Source: Methanobacteriota archaeon (lineage in GTDB: Archaea > Thermoplasmatota > Thermoplasmata > SG8-5 > JAGLSY01). Taken from it: 64,000 bases of DNA. The notes beneath the pieces were generated by a model. The model was not told the DNA's origin and ran no database searches. It saw only the letters and a list, made by a program, of their open reading frames with translations. Positions within the stretch are counted from its first letter, which is position 1. Each line of letters opens with the position of its first letter. The stretch is from assembly GCA_020697715.1 (NCBI GenBank), contig JAEHCO010000001.1, positions 288,001 through 352,000 of the forward strand, read 5' to 3'. Both the position numbers and the translations under genes were made by a program. Shown here piece after piece: positions 60,343 to 64,000 of this stretch.

Positions 60343-60782
60343 TTATTCACTGCAATGCTTTGAGTGACTTGATTTCCGCCGCCTGATACTGTTACTGTGA
60401 TGAAATCCGAGTTAGTGTTTGGGGGCAATACAGGTGAGACATCCACAAAAGTGTATGAACCATCATCGCCTGTTATGGCCTTCATATCTATACCAGCTCC
60501 CTCGATCGTTATCTCACAGCCGCTCATTGTTCCCTTATCATTGTGAGCGATTATCTCTATATCAAAGGTGGTGTTAGCAGTTGAAACATCACTGACCATT
60601 GTCGGTGTGACCTCTATGTAATCTAGAGGCGGTGTCAAAAGAAACATCCACGACAATATAATGCCTATTGCTACAGCTGCAATTACAACCATAATCAACA
60701 GATTCAGTGGTAGTCCAAGCACACCTCTGTCATCTTCCCTCATGCCCTTATGGATACTAATTTTAGTTCTAAGATTAATCAT
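60339..60782 (-). CDS. Type IV pilin-like protein with Ig/Cna-B-like domain
   Basis: EDDRG|VLGLPLNLLIMVVIAAVAIGIIL; TGDDGSYTF motif; first gene of the operon. Confidence 0.8.
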   Translation of the reverse strand: MINLRTKISIHKGMREDDRGVLGLPLNLLIMVVIAAVAIGIILSWMFLLTPPLDYIEVTPTMVSDVSTANTTFDIEIIAHNDKGTMSGCEITIEGAGIDMKAITGDDGSYTFVDVSPVLPPNTNSDFITVTVSGGGNQVTQSIAVNK

Positions 60783-61078
60783 AATATCACGAAGAAGGAA
60801 CTTGAAGAATGTATATATTTGTTTCGTATAGGTATAAATATTACCAATAATATAGTGTTAATAGTTTACTATTGTTATGTTTATGTTATTCAGTGTCAGT
60901 GTTGCGAGGATTAGGATAGATGTTCTGAGGAAACCTAGCTGAGTGTGGGAGGTGTTGGACACTTCACAATATTGGAACAATAAATAAACCGATACCTAAG
61001 ATAACCCGGGTAAATGTGGATATTACAGCACATGATAATAATTAATTTAAAACTCTCTAATAGCTCTATATTCTTCTT

Positions 61079-61633
61079 CTATTTCGCTATCTTCTCCACC
61101 ATCAGCCAGTACACGAAAAGCTCCATGTCGAACTTTTTATGATCTGGATATTTCTGTCTTATCAATTTCCAGAAATTCTTGCCATGGTTCATCTCCAGCC
61201 GATGCACCACTTCGTGGAATATGACAAATTCAATTAATTCGTCTGGCAGTTTCTTCAGAAGGGTATTTACAGTGAGATTACCACCTGTGTCGCAACTCGC
61301 CCATTTATCATGTAATTTCTTAAATCTTATCTTGTAAAAGTCCACACCCAGCTCGGTGGAATATACTTCCGCAAGCTCCCACACATACTGCCTGAAATTT
61401 TCCTGCGTTCTCTTTTCCAGGGTCTTGGCTTCCGCTTGCTGAAGAGAATATAACACATTGCCATGCACCTTGCTGATCCACGCAAGATGCTTTTTCACGG
61501 CCTCGTCCTGATTAGCGGCCTCTGGAAGTATCAGGGTCATCTGGCCGGAATTGAATTCCAGAACTGGTTCTTTCACCCTGCGCATATCCACCCTGTATTG
61601 ATGGTCTGGCTTGATCTGAATATGAAATACCAT
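61079..61633 (-). CDS. YgjP/DUF45 (M48/SprT-like) zinc hydrolase
   Basis: KWASC, LIEFVIFHEVVH..EMNHGKNFW. Confidence 0.88.
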   Translation of the reverse strand: MVFHIQIKPDHQYRVDMRRVKEPVLEFNSGQMTLILPEAANQDEAVKKHLAWISKVHGNVLYSLQQAEAKTLEKRTQENFRQYVWELAEVYSTELGVDFYKIRFKKLHDKWASCDTGGNLTVNTLLKKLPDELIEFVIFHEVVHRLEMNHGKNFWKLIRQKYPDHKKFDMELFVYWLMVEKIAK

Positions 61634-61788
61634 GTCGATGTGGAATCAGAGGGGGTGATTAATAAGATTTGGGAAGCTGATTGTTCAATAGATCTCTAAG
61701 ATTAGTTTTATTAACAATATTTATTAACAATCAATAATATCTGCTCCGTTAACAGCATTAATATGTTGAGAAGTGTGAGGGTGATAAT

Positions 61789-64000
61789 TTGAATCAAAAG
61801 AAAAATATATCGATATTATTAGTGAGTTTATTGATCGGAATGTCCTTTACCGGGATAACTGGTATGGTAAGGACGGTAGATGCTGCGAAGCCAGAGATAG
61901 CTAATCCGCTGTCCACGGTTCCAGGGGACTTCCCAACCATCCAGGCAGCAATAGACGCCGCCGTACCAGGTGATACGATCAATGTCCTGGCAGGAACCTA
62001 CAATGAGAATATAATCGTGAACAAGGCTGTCACCATCATCGGGAGTGGGGTAGGAATCACCACGATCACCGGCACTGGCGTGGGGGATGTCGTTCACATA
62101 ACCGCGGACGGGGTTAACATGAATGGGTTCACGGTCACCAACGGCGGCGCAAATGCAGCCGACGCAGGGATAAAACTGGATGGTGCTCAGAACTGCGACA
62201 TCAGCTACAACAGCGTCACCAGCAGTTATCACGGTATATATATCATATATTCCAATAATACCAACATAATTGGCAATGATATATTTGGCAACAACGGATA
62301 CGGTATTTATTCGTCTGGGTCGAGTGGGTATGATATCTCGCAGAACACGATAACGACCAGCAACTATGGAATATACTCGATTATCAGCGAAACGTCTCTC
62401 ACTACTGATTACACTGTCTTGGATATGAACATAAACTATAATGAGATAAATGTTCTGGTCAATACATACGCGGTGTATATGACGGGCGAACTCGATTATG
62501 ATAATGTCGGGTTCTATGATGTACTGATCGGAGACATCTCGGTATCTAACAACACCGTCTTCCAGAATGGAACCACTGGCAATGGTATTTACGTCTATGC
62601 TATTAATGTGGAGAATTTTGACGGGGGCAGCATCACCGTTGGTGATGTCTCTATTTCTGATAACCAGGTGTATGGCGGCAGATATGGTGTGCACTTCGCC
62701 GGCGATTTCGACTATCTAACCGATGTGGCATTGAATGTCGGTGATGTCATAATCAATGACAATGTCCTGCTAGGCCAGTCATCATCTGGAATTCAGATGT
62801 ACTACTATGAGTCTTACTCTTGGTATGCGGATACGGTTGGCACATACGGTGACCTGATAATAAACAGGAACAATATCACTTCCACTGCCGGTTGGGCGGG
62901 TATTTCTATGTATTGGGGAGAATCCTCTTCTTTCTATGATAGAGCAGAGTCCAATTTTGGAAATCTCTATGTCGAATCAAATGCCATTGACGTTCCTGGT
63001 CGTGCGATCTATTTGGACTATTATGATTACTACAACCTTTTTGATGATTCAAGCGTAACATTTGGTGAGACGCATATTCGGAACAACACAGTATATCGGT
63101 CGGATGTTGGCATCACAGTGTATTGGGAGTATTTTTCGGATCTTTACCAGGATGCCGCAATCACCATCGGCAAAATGTACGTGATGGATAATTATGTAAA
63201 TTCCTCTAGCCAGATATTGGAGTTCGAGTTCTATGACACACCCTATGATGTCTATGGTTTTTCTTCCATTTTCATTGATGACATTTTTGTAGAAAGGAAC
63301 GAATTTATCTCCGACAGCACGGCGATATCGATCGAATATGATTATGTTGGAGAATATATGTATGAATTTTCCAGTGCGCGACTACCGGATATCACGATAA
63401 GGGATAATGATATTACCTCGACATGGGAAGGAATAGAAGTGTATATGGATAGCCCTCCCTATGACATAGAAGGGGATGCTTACATCTATCTGGGCGGCAT
63501 GCTCATAGATAACAATATATTCAATTGTGGCGGCTCTGGCATTTATTTCGATATCTACGGCGTATGCTATGATAACTATGATCAAAGCGTGACGGTGTTA
63601 GGCGATCACACGATAACCAACAACGTCATGAATGTTGGTTATGAAGCTATCATATTATATTATGACTATCTGGGTGACTATCTCTCTGATGATTCAGAAC
63701 TCATTGTGGGCAACCTCACCATAGCTGACAATGTGATATTCGAATGCTCCTCTGGGATATATGTGAATTATTATGATATATATTCTTCAGATACCTCTTC
63801 AGTCATTGTGGGTGACCTGGATATAACCGGCAACACCATCTATAATTGCACCTCGAATGCCATATCTGTACACCAAAGCCAGGAGGTGTATGGTAGTTCG
63901 ACACAGACCATAGGCAGAGTTCTCATCCAGGATAACGCCCTCTACAATGGCAACGGCTATGGAATATACATGATGACAGATTATGACATTAATAGCCCAA
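61789..64000 (+). CDS. Large secreted right-handed beta-helix protein (runs off window end)
   Basis: Not in ORF track because open-ended; TTG start after GAGGGTGA; MNQKKNISILLVSLLIGMSF signal peptide, VPGDFPTIQAAIDAAVPGDTINVLAGTYNENI, then repeated G-D-I-x-I-x-x-N units in the same frame to the window end. Confidence 0.88.
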   Translation, partial: MNQKKNISILLVSLLIGMSFTGITGMVRTVDAAKPEIANPLSTVPGDFPTIQAAIDAAVPGDTINVLAGTYNENIIVNKAVTIIGSGVGITTITGTGVGDVVHITADGVNMNGFTVTNGGANAADAGIKLDGAQNCDISYNSVTSSYHGIYIIYSNNTNIIGNDIFGNNGYGIYSSGSSGYDISQNTITTSNYGIYSIISETSLTTDYTVLDMNINYNEINVLVNTYAVYMTGELDYDNVGFYDVLIGDISVSNNTVFQNGTTGNGIYVYAINVENFDGGSITVGDVSISDNQVYGGRYGVHFAGDFDYLTDVALNVGDVIINDNVLLGQSSSGIQMYYYESYSWYADTVGTYGDLIINRNNITSTAGWAGISMYWGESSSFYDRAESNFGNLYVESNAIDVPGRAIYLDYYDYYNLFDDSSVTFGETHIRNNTVYRSDVGITVYWEYFSDLYQDAAITIGKMYVMDNYVNSSSQILEFEFYDTPYDVYGFSSIFIDDIFVERNEFISDSTAISIEYDYVGEYMYEFSSARLPDITIRDNDITSTWEGIEVYMDSPPYDIEGDAYIYLGGMLIDNNIFNCGGSGIYFDIYGVCYDNYDQSVTVLGDHTITNNVMNVGYEAIILYYDYLGDYLSDDSELIVGNLTIADNVIFECSSGIYVNYYDIYSSDTSSVIVGDLDITGNTIYNCTSNAISVHQSQEVYGSSTQTIGRVLIQDNALYNGNGYGIYMMTDYDINSP

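Noticed and set aside
60783-61078. 296-nt intergenic region upstream of the pilus operon as a possible sRNA
   Set aside because: Mostly AT-rich promoter-like sequence; no strong stems or complete C/D boxes found by eye.
61828-62694. 288-aa minus-strand ORF
   Set aside because: Antisense shadow of the plus-strand beta-helix gene starting at 61789, which has a signal peptide and clear motifs.

Overview
Archaeal chromosomal window, most likely from a Thermoplasmata-related euryarchaeon (archaeal-type ThrRS, rps3ae, Cgi121, UPF0147, cupin glucose-6-phosphate isomerase, BHB-intron tRNA-Met, GGTGA/GAGGTG ribosome-binding sites). Most of it is housekeeping: three tRNAs, aminoacyl-tRNA synthetases, GlmM/GlmU, transporters, several peptidases, a tungsten-type AOR operon and large secreted beta-helix/PKD/propeller proteins. 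Two accessory blocks stand out. (1) A visibly AT-rich five-gene operon (7771-12323) encoding an N4C/N6A-type DNA methyltransferase, a SPASM-less radical SAM enzyme with viperin-like layout, a tandem-duplicated MazG-like pyrophosphatase, a Nudix hydrolase and a 2TM-anchored SAM methyltransferase, next to PpnP-like and TIM-barrel genes that share a duplicated 50-bp leader; this is the best candidate for an undescribed nucleotide-centred defence or modification system. (2) A 14-kb type IV pilus-like operon (46721-60782) with a HerA/VirB4-like ATPase and a 1792-aa pilin fusion anchored at both ends. Also seen: a ~240-nt structured element after tRNA-Met, a hairpin before tRNA-Gln, a RING finger fused to a Na+/H+ antiporter and a ubiquitin-like protein. 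No CRISPR array, rRNA, transposase or integrase was seen. All family assignments are from motif recognition by eye, not database searches.
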